From an archaeon UBA543 (GTDB lineage: Archaea > Undinarchaeota > Undinarchaeia > Undinarchaeales > UBA543), in contig DAPM01000017.1 of NCBI GenBank assembly GCA_002502135.1, forward strand, positions 5,548-69,547: a DNA stretch of 64,000 bases, written 5' to 3'. The notes below the pieces were generated by a model. That model did not search any database. It saw only the letters and a list, made by a program, of their open reading frames with translations, and was not told the origin of the DNA. The position numbers and the translations under genes were made by a program. Every line of letters starts with the position of its first letter. The stretch's first letter is position 1. Shown here in pieces: positions 8,741 to 18,697 of the stretch.

Positions 8741-9931
8741 TTGGCAGAGATTTCAAACAGAACAGCTACACTAGGCACTGAAAACGCATTTGTTGTTCTT
8801 GCAGAAGTGAAGAAGCGCATAAAGCAAGGCGACGATATTGTTAATTTTTGTATTGGTCAGCCCGACTTCGATACACCTGATAATATAAAAAAAGCTGCAA
8901 TCAGGGCCATTATCGAAGGGAAAACTGGCTACACACCATCTGCTGGAATTACCGAACTTCGAGAAGCAGCTGCAAAATACTTTTCACGAACAAGGGGCAT
9001 TGAAGTTGATCCAAAACATGTTGCAACAGCTTGCGGAGGCAAACCGTTCATTTACTGGACAATTCTGAGTACAACTGATCACGGGGTTGGTGATGAAATC
9101 CTATACCCAAATCCTGGTTTCCCAATTTACGAATCACAAATCAAAGCATGTGGAGCAGTTCCAGTTGCCCTCCCACTTCGAGAAGAGAACGCATTCTCTT
9201 TCAGTATTGACGACTTAGCAGAGAAAATCACTTCGAAAACCAAAATGCTCATACTCAACTCACCACACAACCCAACTGGCAATGTCCTAAAAAAGCACGA
9301 ACTTAAGGGAATTGCCGACCTTGCTATGGAGCACGATTTTTGGGTGTATTCTGATGAGGTTTACTCCAGTCTGATTTATGATGGCAAGTTTGAGTCAATA
9401 GTTTCAATTCCTGGGATGGAGGAACACACAATAGTTGTGGATTGCGTTTCAAAATCATATGCAATGACTGGTTGGCGTCTTGGTTACGCTTACAACAAGC
9501 ACTTATCAGAGCATTTTGCAAGATGGATGACAAATACTGATTCCTGTGCTTCTCATCCTATCCAATGGGCAGGCGTTGAGGCTTTGAATGGTCCGCAGGG
9601 GCACAGTCAGTTAATGACTGAAAGCTTTAAAGAGCGCCGGAACTTAATTGTTAATGGTTTGAATGAAATGTCTGGTGTTTCTTGCTTATCTCCTGGTGGC
9701 GCTTTCTATGCCTGGCCAAATGTTACTGAAGCTTGCAGAAAGGTTGGAGCAGCGAATTCAGAGGAGTTCAGAAAGATGCTTTTGGATCACGGCGTAGCGG
9801 TTTTGGCCGATACCCACTTTGGTCCTAAGAATCCTGGCCAAGAACAGGAATACATAAGGTTTTCATATGCCACTTCACAAGAAGAAATCAGTGAAGGGCT
9901 TAAAAGAATGAAGGAATTTGTGGAAAAATGA
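8741..9931 (+). CDS. class I/II PLP-dependent aminotransferase (aspartate aminotransferase-like)
   Basis: GQPDFDTP, NSPHNPTG, SDEVY, SKSYAMTGWRLG and IRFSYA; TTG start preceded by GGGGGAG. Confidence 0.93.
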   Translation: MAEISNRTATLGTENAFVVLAEVKKRIKQGDDIVNFCIGQPDFDTPDNIKKAAIRAIIEGKTGYTPSAGITELREAAAKYFSRTRGIEVDPKHVATACGGKPFIYWTILSTTDHGVGDEILYPNPGFPIYESQIKACGAVPVALPLREENAFSFSIDDLAEKITSKTKMLILNSPHNPTGNVLKKHELKGIADLAMEHDFWVYSDEVYSSLIYDGKFESIVSIPGMEEHTIVVDCVSKSYAMTGWRLGYAYNKHLSEHFARWMTNTDSCASHPIQWAGVEALNGPQGHSQLMTESFKERRNLIVNGLNEMSGVSCLSPGGAFYAWPNVTEACRKVGAANSEEFRKMLLDHGVAVLADTHFGPKNPGQEQEYIRFSYATSQEEISEGLKRMKEFVEK

Positions 9932-11880
9932 AAAAATATTCAGTTGAAGAACTTGAAAATGCAGCAAAAGAAATGCGGGCTTATATGCTAGTTGCTCTCC
10001 ATGCTGCTGGTTCCGGCCACTCAGGTGGATCACTTTCTTGTATGGATCTTGTTGCAGCAGCTTATCTGAATGTAATGAATCACGATCCAAAAAACCCAAA
10101 ACTGGAAGACCGCGACCGTTTCTTATTCTCTGCAGGACACAAAGCACCTGCACTTTATGCAGCCCTTGGCTACTCAGGTTATTTTGATATCAAAGATTTA
10201 ATGAAGCTCAGAAAACTGGAAAGCCCTTACCAGGGACACCCACACTGGCTCAAACTTGAAGGTGTTGAAGCTTCAACTGGCTCGCTTGGTCAGGGTTTGA
10301 GTATTGCTATTGGGTTCGCACTCAGGGCAAAACTTGACAAAAAGGATTACAGAATTTACTGCTTAATGGGTGATGGTGAGCAACAGGAAGGACAAGTTTG
10401 GGAAGCTGCAATGGAAGCTTCGCATTACAAATTGGGCAATTTAACAGCAATTGTTGATGTTAATAATCTCCAAATTGACGGAAACGTTTCAGATGTTATG
10501 ACTATTCAGCCTCTGAAAGAAAAATACGAGTCTTTTGGCTGGAATGTTATTGAAATTGACGGGCACGATATGCAGCAGATTGTGGATGCTTATTCAAAAA
10601 CAGCAACAGACAAACCTACAGTTATTCTTGCAAAAACAGTAAAAGGCAAGGGCGTTTCCTTTATGGAAGACCAGGCTGGATGGCATGGTAAAGCTCCAAA
10701 CAGGGAAGAACTTGAAACAACTCTCAAAGAACTCGGCGTAGAACTTCCAATTGACGATCTTTTGAAAATTGCGCAGGATTATCAGGCAAAAATGGATAAG
10801 AAAGTGGCTGATATGATTCCGAAATTCTCCAAAAACTACTGGTGGAATGAACAGGACAATATGAAAGCAGAAATGAAGCCAACCAGAAAAGGATTTGGTG
10901 AATGTCTGGCAGAAATCGGCGATGACGAGAGAATTGTCTGCCTGGGTGCGGATATTTCAGGATCAATTTGTATTAATCAGTTCAACAAAGACAAACCAGA
11001 ACGCGACAACCGCTTTTTGAGTATGGGAATTGCAGAGCAGAGTGGAACAGCAGTTGCAGCAGGACTTGCAAAAGAAGGAAAGATTCCGATTTTCGGAACT
11101 TATGCTGTTTTCTCAGCTGGAAGAGCACTTGACCAGATCAGAACAACTGTTTGTTATGGAAATTTCAATGTTAAGATCACTGGAGCTCACGGCGGTGTCT
11201 CAGTTGGACCAGATGGTGCAACCCACCAAGCACTGGAAGATATTTTCCAGATGTGTGGTTTGCCAAACATGAATGTGTTTGTGCCTTGCGATTCTGTAGA
11301 AACCAAGAAAGCATCTAACGCAATGATTCTTGATGTTGAAGGGCCTTGTTATATCCGATATGCAAGAGAATCAACTCCAATTATTTCAACTGAAGATACT
11401 CCTTACAAGTCCGGAACAGCGAACGTAATCCGATACAGGGGGGCAAAAGATAATTTCATTGAAGCTTTTGAAACCAAATTAGCAAGTGATTACAATTCAG
11501 AAAATGAAGACTTGACAATTGTGGCCTGCGGTCCTGAAGTACCAGAAGCAATGCGAGCTGCCTGGATTCTGAAAGGAGAATTCGGACTTGAAACCAGAAT
11601 TATCAACATGCACACCTTAAAACCACTTGACACAGACGCACTCACAGCAGCTGGAAAAGAAACTAAAATAATCATAACTGCTGAAGAACACCAGAAAGGC
11701 GGACTTGGAAACCTGGTTGCTGCAGCACTACTTGAAGCTGGTGTTGCTCCAGAAAAGTTCGCAATGATTGGAGTTCCTGATAGGTTCGGCGAATCTGGTG
11801 GTTCCTGGGAATTAGTCAAGTATTTCAGGCTTTCTGCAGAGTTTATTGCTCAAAAAGCAAAAGAGCTTGCAGGGAAATAA
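9928..11880 (+). CDS. tkt: transketolase, single-chain
   Basis: SGHSGGSLS, STGSLGQG, the GDGE...N ThDP motif, GIAEQ, GPDGATHQ and EEHQ. Confidence 0.95.
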   Translation: MKKYSVEELENAAKEMRAYMLVALHAAGSGHSGGSLSCMDLVAAAYLNVMNHDPKNPKLEDRDRFLFSAGHKAPALYAALGYSGYFDIKDLMKLRKLESPYQGHPHWLKLEGVEASTGSLGQGLSIAIGFALRAKLDKKDYRIYCLMGDGEQQEGQVWEAAMEASHYKLGNLTAIVDVNNLQIDGNVSDVMTIQPLKEKYESFGWNVIEIDGHDMQQIVDAYSKTATDKPTVILAKTVKGKGVSFMEDQAGWHGKAPNREELETTLKELGVELPIDDLLKIAQDYQAKMDKKVADMIPKFSKNYWWNEQDNMKAEMKPTRKGFGECLAEIGDDERIVCLGADISGSICINQFNKDKPERDNRFLSMGIAEQSGTAVAAGLAKEGKIPIFGTYAVFSAGRALDQIRTTVCYGNFNVKITGAHGGVSVGPDGATHQALEDIFQMCGLPNMNVFVPCDSVETKKASNAMILDVEGPCYIRYARESTPIISTEDTPYKSGTANVIRYRGAKDNFIEAFETKLASDYNSENEDLTIVACGPEVPEAMRAAWILKGEFGLETRIINMHTLKPLDTDALTAAGKETKIIITAEEHQKGGLGNLVAAALLEAGVAPEKFAMIGVPDRFGESGGSWELVKYFRLSAEFIAQKAKELAGK

Positions 11881-11909
11881 GTTTAAACTAGCAATTTCTT
11901 AATTTTACT

Positions 11910-12260
11910 ATGGATTTCAACTACAAACAAGCAATCTTAATCAGAAAAGACCTTAACCTGAGCAAAGGCAAGGCAATAGCACAGGGAGCGCACGCCAGTG
12001 TTGAAGCATTTGTTAAATCAAAAGAAATTGGAAACACCTGGCTGCAAGAAGGAATGAAGAAAGTCGTGCTCGAAGTTGCAGATGAAGCAGAATTAATCAA
12101 ATATTTCCAAACTGCTAAAGATCTTGGCCTGCCAGCTTGCTTAATCACAGATGCTGGCCACACTGAAATTCCTGCTGGAAAAAAAACCGCAGTTGGTATT
12201 GGCCCTGCTCTTGATGCTGATATTGACAAAGTTACTGGGGAGTTGAAACTTTTAGGGTGA
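11910..12260 (+). CDS. pth2: peptidyl-tRNA hydrolase Pth2
   Basis: KGKAIAQGAHAS, KKVVL, DAGHTEI, VGIGP and ID..TG.LKLL. Confidence 0.96.
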   Translation: MDFNYKQAILIRKDLNLSKGKAIAQGAHASVEAFVKSKEIGNTWLQEGMKKVVLEVADEAELIKYFQTAKDLGLPACLITDAGHTEIPAGKKTAVGIGPALDADIDKVTGELKLLG

Positions 12261-13402
12261 TGGATTTCTCAACATTCGGAATAACACAATTTGCCACTAA
12301 GGCAGACGGATTTTCAGGAAAATTCAAGCAAGAGCCTGGCGACTTTGTTGTTCAAGAAATTCTAGTTGACGGAACAGTTGCCAGTTTGGAACCTGATAAT
12401 TCTGCTAAACCCTTGGATTCTGAATACACTCAATTCACTTTAGTAAAACGGGACTGGAATCAGGACACAATCCTAAAGAAAATCGCAATGTATTGCGGTG
12501 TTTCCAGAAAACGAGTTTCCTACGCAGGAACAAAAGACAAATACGCTCTAACAGCTCAGAGAATTTCAGCTTGGAAAATTTCTCCAGAACAACTTGCAAA
12601 TATCAGAATCAAAGATGTTGAAATCGGTGACTTCACTGCATTTGACAAGCGTTTAGAGCTTGGAGATCTCTGGGGAAACAGATTCACAATTAAAATCACA
12701 GATGTGGCCGATCCAAAATCTGCAGTCAAATCCTGCAATGAAACTTTCAAACAACTTGAAAAACTTGGTGGACTTCCAAACTTCTTTGGTCAGCAAAGAT
12801 TCGGAATGCGCAGAAACAATCACATTATCGGAAAGCACCTGCTCCAAGGAAAAATGGAAGATGCTTGCAAGGGCTTCCTTATTGAAACAACCGATGATGA
12901 AAAACCTGAAGGAAAAGCAGCAAGAGAAGACCTTGCAAAGAACTGGGGCACTTTCAAACAGTTCCCGAAATTTATGAGATTTGAAAACGCAGTAATAAAT
13001 CAGTTGATCCAGCATCCAAGCGATTTTGTGGGAGCTTTCAAAAGACTAAGCAAGAATATTTACAAAATTTTCACTCACGCTTACCAATCCAACTTATTTA
13101 ACATTCTTTTATCTGAGCGACTGGAGAAACAAGATTCTCTGAGTGGTGAGGGAAACTTAGTAGGATATGATTCTGAGCTAACTGAGCAAGAGTTGAGCTT
13201 GCTAAAGAAAGATGAGCTGACACAAAAAGGTCTGCGAATCAAACAGTTTCCAGAAGCAAGCGTCAGTGGGGGCAAGCGAAAATGGCTGGCAGAAATGAAG
13301 AACTTCTCCTGCGAAGCTGGCGACAATTCTGTAACAATCAAGTTCGATTTGCAAAAAGGAGCATATGCAACAGTCCTTCTCAGAGAATTATTGAAATCAT
13401 AA
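12260..13402 (+). CDS. truD: tRNA pseudouridine(13) synthase TruD
   Basis: DFVVQE, YAGTKDKYALTAQ, GNRFTI, PNFFGQQRFG, HAYQS and KGAYATVLLRE. Confidence 0.95.
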   Translation: MDFSTFGITQFATKADGFSGKFKQEPGDFVVQEILVDGTVASLEPDNSAKPLDSEYTQFTLVKRDWNQDTILKKIAMYCGVSRKRVSYAGTKDKYALTAQRISAWKISPEQLANIRIKDVEIGDFTAFDKRLELGDLWGNRFTIKITDVADPKSAVKSCNETFKQLEKLGGLPNFFGQQRFGMRRNNHIIGKHLLQGKMEDACKGFLIETTDDEKPEGKAAREDLAKNWGTFKQFPKFMRFENAVINQLIQHPSDFVGAFKRLSKNIYKIFTHAYQSNLFNILLSERLEKQDSLSGEGNLVGYDSELTEQELSLLKKDELTQKGLRIKQFPEASVSGGKRKWLAEMKNFSCEAGDNSVTIKFDLQKGAYATVLLRELLKS

Positions 13403-13437
13403 CCTTTTTATATTATCAAACAGGGATGAACTAATCC

Positions 13438-14199
13438 ATGATAAACCCGGTCAGATCTATTTATAGAAGAGTGGTCTCAATTCCACATATCTTATTTCCA
13501 AAAAAGCTAAACACGATGCCTTATTTCCAGAGAATGAAACTCTTCTACAAACTCGAGCGAGTTCACTGGAACATCAGGTGCTATCACAAAAGGAGTCACA
13601 TAGTACCGTTTATCAAATGGCTTATTGAAAATCCTGAGATCGGGGGCTCTATTATTGAAGCAGGATGCGGACAGGGCGGAAGTACAACTAAACTCAGCAT
13701 TATCGCCAAAATGCTTAACAAGAAACTAATAGTTTTTGACAGTTTCCAAGGTCTTCCACATGGAAGCGACGAAGTTAAAAACATTCTTGGAAATCCTGCA
13801 GAGAAATTCAAAACTGGAAATTTCGCAACTCCACTTAAACAAGTCAAAGAAAACATTTCAAAATACGGAGAACTTGGCCAGTGCAAATTTGTTGAAGGCT
13901 GGTTCAAGGACACTCTGCCCTCTTTTAACGAAACCATCTGCGCAGCATATATTGATGTTGATCTCCCATCCAGCACAGCAACTTGTATCAAATATCTGTT
14001 CCCACATCTCTCTGAACATGGGCTTTTCTATTCACAAGATGGTGATTACCCTTCTGTTCTCGCAACCTTCTTATCAACAGATATATGGCATGACATCCAA
14101 TATAATGTTCCTAAAATCCGCCATCTTGGAAGCAAATTAAAAATCATCTGGATTGAAAGAACAATTCCAAGCGCTAGGCAAAAGCATAATCTTTATTAA
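13438..14199 (+). CDS. TylF/MycF/NovP family sugar O-methyltransferase
   Basis: IEAGCGQGGS, FDSFQGLP, GWFKDTLP and YIDVDL. Confidence 0.88.
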   Translation: MINPVRSIYRRVVSIPHILFPKKLNTMPYFQRMKLFYKLERVHWNIRCYHKRSHIVPFIKWLIENPEIGGSIIEAGCGQGGSTTKLSIIAKMLNKKLIVFDSFQGLPHGSDEVKNILGNPAEKFKTGNFATPLKQVKENISKYGELGQCKFVEGWFKDTLPSFNETICAAYIDVDLPSSTATCIKYLFPHLSEHGLFYSQDGDYPSVLATFLSTDIWHDIQYNVPKIRHLGSKLKIIWIERTIPSARQKHNLY

Positions 14200-14215
14200 T
14201 ACCTGTTTTCAACCA
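14180..14215 (+). promoter_or_regulatory. putative BRE/TATA promoter of aglB-1 (duplicated at 16442-16477)
   Basis: AAAAGCATAATCTTTATTAATACCTGTTTTCAACCA, 35/36 identical to the sequence before aglB-2, with the TATA-like tract about 22 nt before the ATG. Confidence 0.7.
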
Positions 14216-14221
14216 GTGTGC

Positions 14222-16435
14222 ATGAATGAGGGGGGAGAGGATGATTCATCCTTTGATTTTTCAAAGTTAAAGAATCGATTCAAGCGCGACAAAGCGTCTG
14301 GCGACAGCATGGCTCTGGATCTTTCTGGCCCAGCCAAGTGGCTCAAAAACAACAAGAAGTTCCTAATTTACGGGCTTCTGGTTTTGCTTTTATTATTCTC
14401 CGGATGGCTTAGATTTATGCCAGAGGAAAAGTACACTGGAATTTATGAAAATTCACTTTCTGCCATGGATCCTTACTGGCATTACAGACATGCAAACGAC
14501 GTTTATGAGCATGGTTTTGTTGGTGACGAAGAAGTCTGCTATAATGAGGCAGCGAAACTAACAACCAAATATGATGGCTCGTGTCCACCCGGTTCTGAAC
14601 ACGCCTATTGGGATTTCATGCACGATGCCCCTGAAGGAAGTCGTATTGACCAGGAATTCTACCCATACTTTTCTGCATATTCTTACAAGTTTTTCGGTAG
14701 AGCATTTGCACCTAACTTGCTTGTCTGGCACCGCTGGACACCTGCGCTTTTCGGAATACTAGCAGTTCTTGGAATGTTCCTTCTGGCAAAACAATTATTC
14801 GGGCCTTACGCAGGACTTGCTGCAGGTTTCCTCTTTTCACTAGCGCCTTCATTTTTAACAAGAAGTGTTTCTGGATTTGCAGATACTGACGCAGTAATCG
14901 GGTTCTTCACTGTATTCTCGCTTTATTTCTTCATAAAAGCCTGGGATAACAACTCCATATTATATGCAATAATCGGTGGAGTCTGTCTTGGTTTGTTTGG
15001 TGTAGCCTGGCCAGGGTACGAGTTCATGCCACTTCTATTGATGGGCATGGCTGGATTTTTCTTTGTTTACAAAACCGTCCCTAAAATAATTGAAGGTTCC
15101 AGAAATTTCATAAAATTGGTTGTCGATCATTTGAAAGAGTATTGGAAAAAGTATGCAATTCTTGCGCTCTTACTATTGGTTACTCTAACTCTTGTAGGAT
15201 CTATCCGCGGTTTCAAGGAAGTTAATGTGTTTGAAGCAATAACTGCTTCTACAAGATTCAAAGTTGAAGATGTTGTTGACACTTCTGTTGAAGGAGAGGA
15301 CGTACTTGAGGTTTACAAAACCGTTGCTGAGATGAATCCTTCAAATCTCAGAAATATTGTTATTCGTCTTCATTACGCTCTTGTACTTCTTGCTGTTGGT
15401 TTCATAGCCTTACTCCCATTTGGATTATGGAAAAAGGTGAAAGATAATACACACCATATCGCCTTCCTCTTACTTTGGTTCGGTGCTACATTCTACATGT
15501 CTTTCAAGGCAATGAGGTTTATTGGAATGGCAGTATTCCCTGTTTGTATTTTTGCAGGAATCACTATTGCATTCTTGATTTCAAAAATCAAGCTGAAGCG
15601 CCCTGTTATTTCAGTTATATTTGCACTTATCATTTTCCTTTCAATCTTTGCAGTTCCTAATATTGCTATGGTCAAGGGGCAGGAATGGGGTGTATCCTAT
15701 TACGCCAGTGGAAGAGCAACTGCAGATCAAACTGGTCCATCTTTAGGACCTAATTGGTTTGACTTCCTCTACTGGGCCAGAGACTCGACTCCTGAAGGCT
15801 CAATATTCGCATCTTGGTGGGATCCTGGACATGCAATGACAGCTATCGGTGAGCGTCCTGCGGTTGCTGACGGAAGTCAGAACTCCTGGCATATCCACGA
15901 TCTCGCAGTCATCTTCACCACAACTGATGAAAATCTCGCAGTTGAACGGCTCAAAAAATATGATGTGTCTTACTTTTACACAAGTTCTGACCTGATTAAC
16001 AAGTATGGTGCAATCAGTTTCCTGTCTAATGGACAGGGTGAAAACTATCCGTTCCTCAATCTTGCTGAATCCAAGGAAGTTGCTTCAGGAAATGTTTTGA
16101 TATATCCTGTTGCTTCTCAGACAGACATAATCCTTGAATTAAGAGAAGATGGGATGAGTGCAGTTATATCTCAGAGATTCCAGAAACAGACAATAAAACG
16201 GATCTTCTACACTCAGAACGATCAGAGCTATGTTTCAGAATCAGATGACCCAGATGCATTCGAAGCAATGCTGTATCTCCAGCCTAATTTCCAGCAGGCC
16301 ATATTCCTTCCAATTCATCTGGAAAACAATATGCTCACCCAGCTTCACTTCTTCAATGGTCAGAATCTTGAGCACTTTGAGTATGTTGGCAATTACGGTG
16401 ATGAAATAAAAGTTTTCAAAGTCATTTATGACTAG
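14222..16435 (+). CDS. aglB: STT3/AglB oligosaccharyltransferase, copy 1
   Basis: Many TM segments; DPYWHYR, ADTD, TVAE, WWDPG, DGSQ and DLINK (DK motif). Confidence 0.93.
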   Translation: MNEGGEDDSSFDFSKLKNRFKRDKASGDSMALDLSGPAKWLKNNKKFLIYGLLVLLLLFSGWLRFMPEEKYTGIYENSLSAMDPYWHYRHANDVYEHGFVGDEEVCYNEAAKLTTKYDGSCPPGSEHAYWDFMHDAPEGSRIDQEFYPYFSAYSYKFFGRAFAPNLLVWHRWTPALFGILAVLGMFLLAKQLFGPYAGLAAGFLFSLAPSFLTRSVSGFADTDAVIGFFTVFSLYFFIKAWDNNSILYAIIGGVCLGLFGVAWPGYEFMPLLLMGMAGFFFVYKTVPKIIEGSRNFIKLVVDHLKEYWKKYAILALLLLVTLTLVGSIRGFKEVNVFEAITASTRFKVEDVVDTSVEGEDVLEVYKTVAEMNPSNLRNIVIRLHYALVLLAVGFIALLPFGLWKKVKDNTHHIAFLLLWFGATFYMSFKAMRFIGMAVFPVCIFAGITIAFLISKIKLKRPVISVIFALIIFLSIFAVPNIAMVKGQEWGVSYYASGRATADQTGPSLGPNWFDFLYWARDSTPEGSIFASWWDPGHAMTAIGERPAVADGSQNSWHIHDLAVIFTTTDENLAVERLKKYDVSYFYTSSDLINKYGAISFLSNGQGENYPFLNLAESKEVASGNVLIYPVASQTDIILELREDGMSAVISQRFQKQTIKRIFYTQNDQSYVSESDDPDAFEAMLYLQPNFQQAIFLPIHLENNMLTQLHFFNGQNLEHFEYVGNYGDEIKVFKVIYD

Positions 16436-16441
16436 AGCAGA

Positions 16442-16477
16442 AAAAGCATAATCTTTATTAATACCAGTTTTCAACCA
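16442..16477 (+). promoter_or_regulatory. putative BRE/TATA promoter of aglB-2
   Basis: AAAAGCATAATCTTTATTAATACCAGTTTTCAACCA, a near-identical copy of 14180-14215. Confidence 0.7.
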
Positions 16478-16483
16478 ATGTCT

Positions 16484-18697
16484 ATGGCAGATGGGGAAGA
16501 AGGTAAATCCTTTAAGTTTTCAGATATAGAGAGCCGGCTAAATGAAGGTCGCGATATCTCTAAAAGTATTACCTGGGTCAAGGAGAACAAAAAGACTGTA
16601 ATCTATCTTGTCTTGTTTCTGATATTACTATTTTCAACGGTTATCCGATTTGCTCCTGAACAACAGTATACAGGAATTTATGAGGACACTCTTGCTCTTG
16701 GGGACTCTTACTGGCATTACAGACACGCAAAAAACGTTTATGAGCATGGTTTTGTGGGTGATGAAGAGCTTTGCTATAACGAGCAAACCAAAGATACCCA
16801 GGCCTATGACGGTTCGTGCCCTGATGGATATGAACCAGCGTATTTTGACACACTGCACGATGCTCCATTTGGGGTTAAAATTGAGCAGGAATTCTATCCA
16901 TATTTCTCAGCTTATTCCTATAAATATTTCGGTAGAGCATTTGCACCTAACTTGCTTGTCTGGCACCGCTGGACACCTGCATTTTTCGGAATCCTATCAG
17001 TTCTTGGAATGTTCCTTCTCGTTAAACAATTATTCGGACCTTATGCCGGACTTGCTGCAGGTTTAATTTTTTCCCTTGCTCCCTATACTATAATCAAAAC
17101 TATTTCAGGAACAGCTGATACTGAAGCAGTTGTGACATTTTTCACTATATTTACTTTCTACTTTTTTGTAAAGGCGTGGAATCTTTCATCATTTAAATAT
17201 GCTGTAGCCGGAGGCATCACTCTCGGATTGTTCGGAATTGCCTGGGCATCCTATAGGTTCGCTCCTGTCCTCATGCTGGCTGTACTATTCTTCTTCTTTT
17301 TGCAGAAAGTTTATCCTAAATTCAAACAAGGGCGCAGGGATATCTTCAAATTAATAAAAGAGCACTTGACAGAGTACTGGAAAAAATATACTACATTCTT
17401 AATAATACTCGCCATTGGACTTCCTATTATCGGTTTTGTCCGCGGCTTCATTCATATTAATTTCTTCTATGCAATTACAACAGCTTTAAAATTAAAAACA
17501 ACAACAGCTGCGACAACAGTTGGAGGAGAAGTCATCCGTGATGTTTACTCTACAATCACTGAAATGAAGCAAATCGGACTTCATACTATTGTAACAAGGC
17601 TTCACCTTGTTCCAGCACTTCTCTGCGCATCTTTCTTTGCTCTTCTTCCATTTGGCTTGTGGAAAAAATACAAGGATAAAGCTCCCCAGGTTCTTTTTAT
17701 TTTAGTCTGGTTTGCAGCTGCAGTTTTTATGACTTTTAAGGCAACCCGATTTATTATAATGCTGATTCTTCCAGTTTCAGTACTTGCTGGAACAGCTGTT
17801 GGATTCGTGATCTCAAAGATGAGGCAAAAGAAGCTTGTTTTTTCGGTTGTAATTGCTGTTATCCTTCTCATAGTGCTTTTTGTTCTTCCAAACATTCCTG
17901 CTCAGCAAGGCCAGCCAGAACTTCCACAATCTGGTGTTTCACGAAATCGTTCATATTTCTCAACTGGAATTGAATTTACATCTCTTCCAAAACCTCTTTT
18001 AAACCAAAATTGGATAAATTTCTACAAATGGGCGCGTGAACAAACTCCAGAAGATGCAATCTTTGCTTCATGGTGGGATCATGGCCACCTAACTACCGCT
18101 GTTGCTGAACGGGCTATTGTAGCAGACGGAAGTCAAAACAATCTTCATATTCACGATCTTGCCGTTATTCTTACTACTAATGACGAAGATCTAGCTGTAG
18201 AGCGATTGAAAAAATACAATGTTTCATACTTCTTCACAAGTTCAGATATGATAAACAAGTATGGACTGATACTATATCTTGCTGATAAACAGGGCAGTGA
18301 GTATACATTAATTGTTAACCCTGAAATCCAAACCACCCCTCTCGGGCCGGTTTTAGTTTATACTATGGATGAAGCAAATAAAATCACTTTGAAACAGGAA
18401 GAAGATGAACGAATATCTGCTACATTAAGACAGGGGTATCAAACAACACCAATCAATCGAACTCTTTATTACACTAATAATTCTACGCCACTCATTTCTG
18501 AAAGCGAGGCAGAGGATGCGCTCGACATGCTGATTTATGTTCTTCCTCAATGGTTTGGAATCTTTCTTTTAAACCCTGAGATTGAAAAATCAATGCTCAC
18601 TCAACTCCACTTTTTCAATGCAGATTATCTTGAGCATTTCGAATTTATTGAAAGTTTTGGCGGAGAAATCAAGGTCTTTAAGGTAAATTATGACTAA
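16484..18697 (+). CDS. aglB: STT3/AglB oligosaccharyltransferase, copy 2
   Basis: DSYWHYR, ADTE, TITE, WWDHG, DGSQ and DMINK. The start at 16484 aligns with the copy 1 start (16478 is the alternative). Confidence 0.92.
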   Translation: MADGEEGKSFKFSDIESRLNEGRDISKSITWVKENKKTVIYLVLFLILLFSTVIRFAPEQQYTGIYEDTLALGDSYWHYRHAKNVYEHGFVGDEELCYNEQTKDTQAYDGSCPDGYEPAYFDTLHDAPFGVKIEQEFYPYFSAYSYKYFGRAFAPNLLVWHRWTPAFFGILSVLGMFLLVKQLFGPYAGLAAGLIFSLAPYTIIKTISGTADTEAVVTFFTIFTFYFFVKAWNLSSFKYAVAGGITLGLFGIAWASYRFAPVLMLAVLFFFFLQKVYPKFKQGRRDIFKLIKEHLTEYWKKYTTFLIILAIGLPIIGFVRGFIHINFFYAITTALKLKTTTAATTVGGEVIRDVYSTITEMKQIGLHTIVTRLHLVPALLCASFFALLPFGLWKKYKDKAPQVLFILVWFAAAVFMTFKATRFIIMLILPVSVLAGTAVGFVISKMRQKKLVFSVVIAVILLIVLFVLPNIPAQQGQPELPQSGVSRNRSYFSTGIEFTSLPKPLLNQNWINFYKWAREQTPEDAIFASWWDHGHLTTAVAERAIVADGSQNNLHIHDLAVILTTNDEDLAVERLKKYNVSYFFTSSDMINKYGLILYLADKQGSEYTLIVNPEIQTTPLGPVLVYTMDEANKITLKQEEDERISATLRQGYQTTPINRTLYYTNNSTPLISESEAEDALDMLIYVLPQWFGIFLLNPEIEKSMLTQLHFFNADYLEHFEFIESFGGEIKVFKVNYD

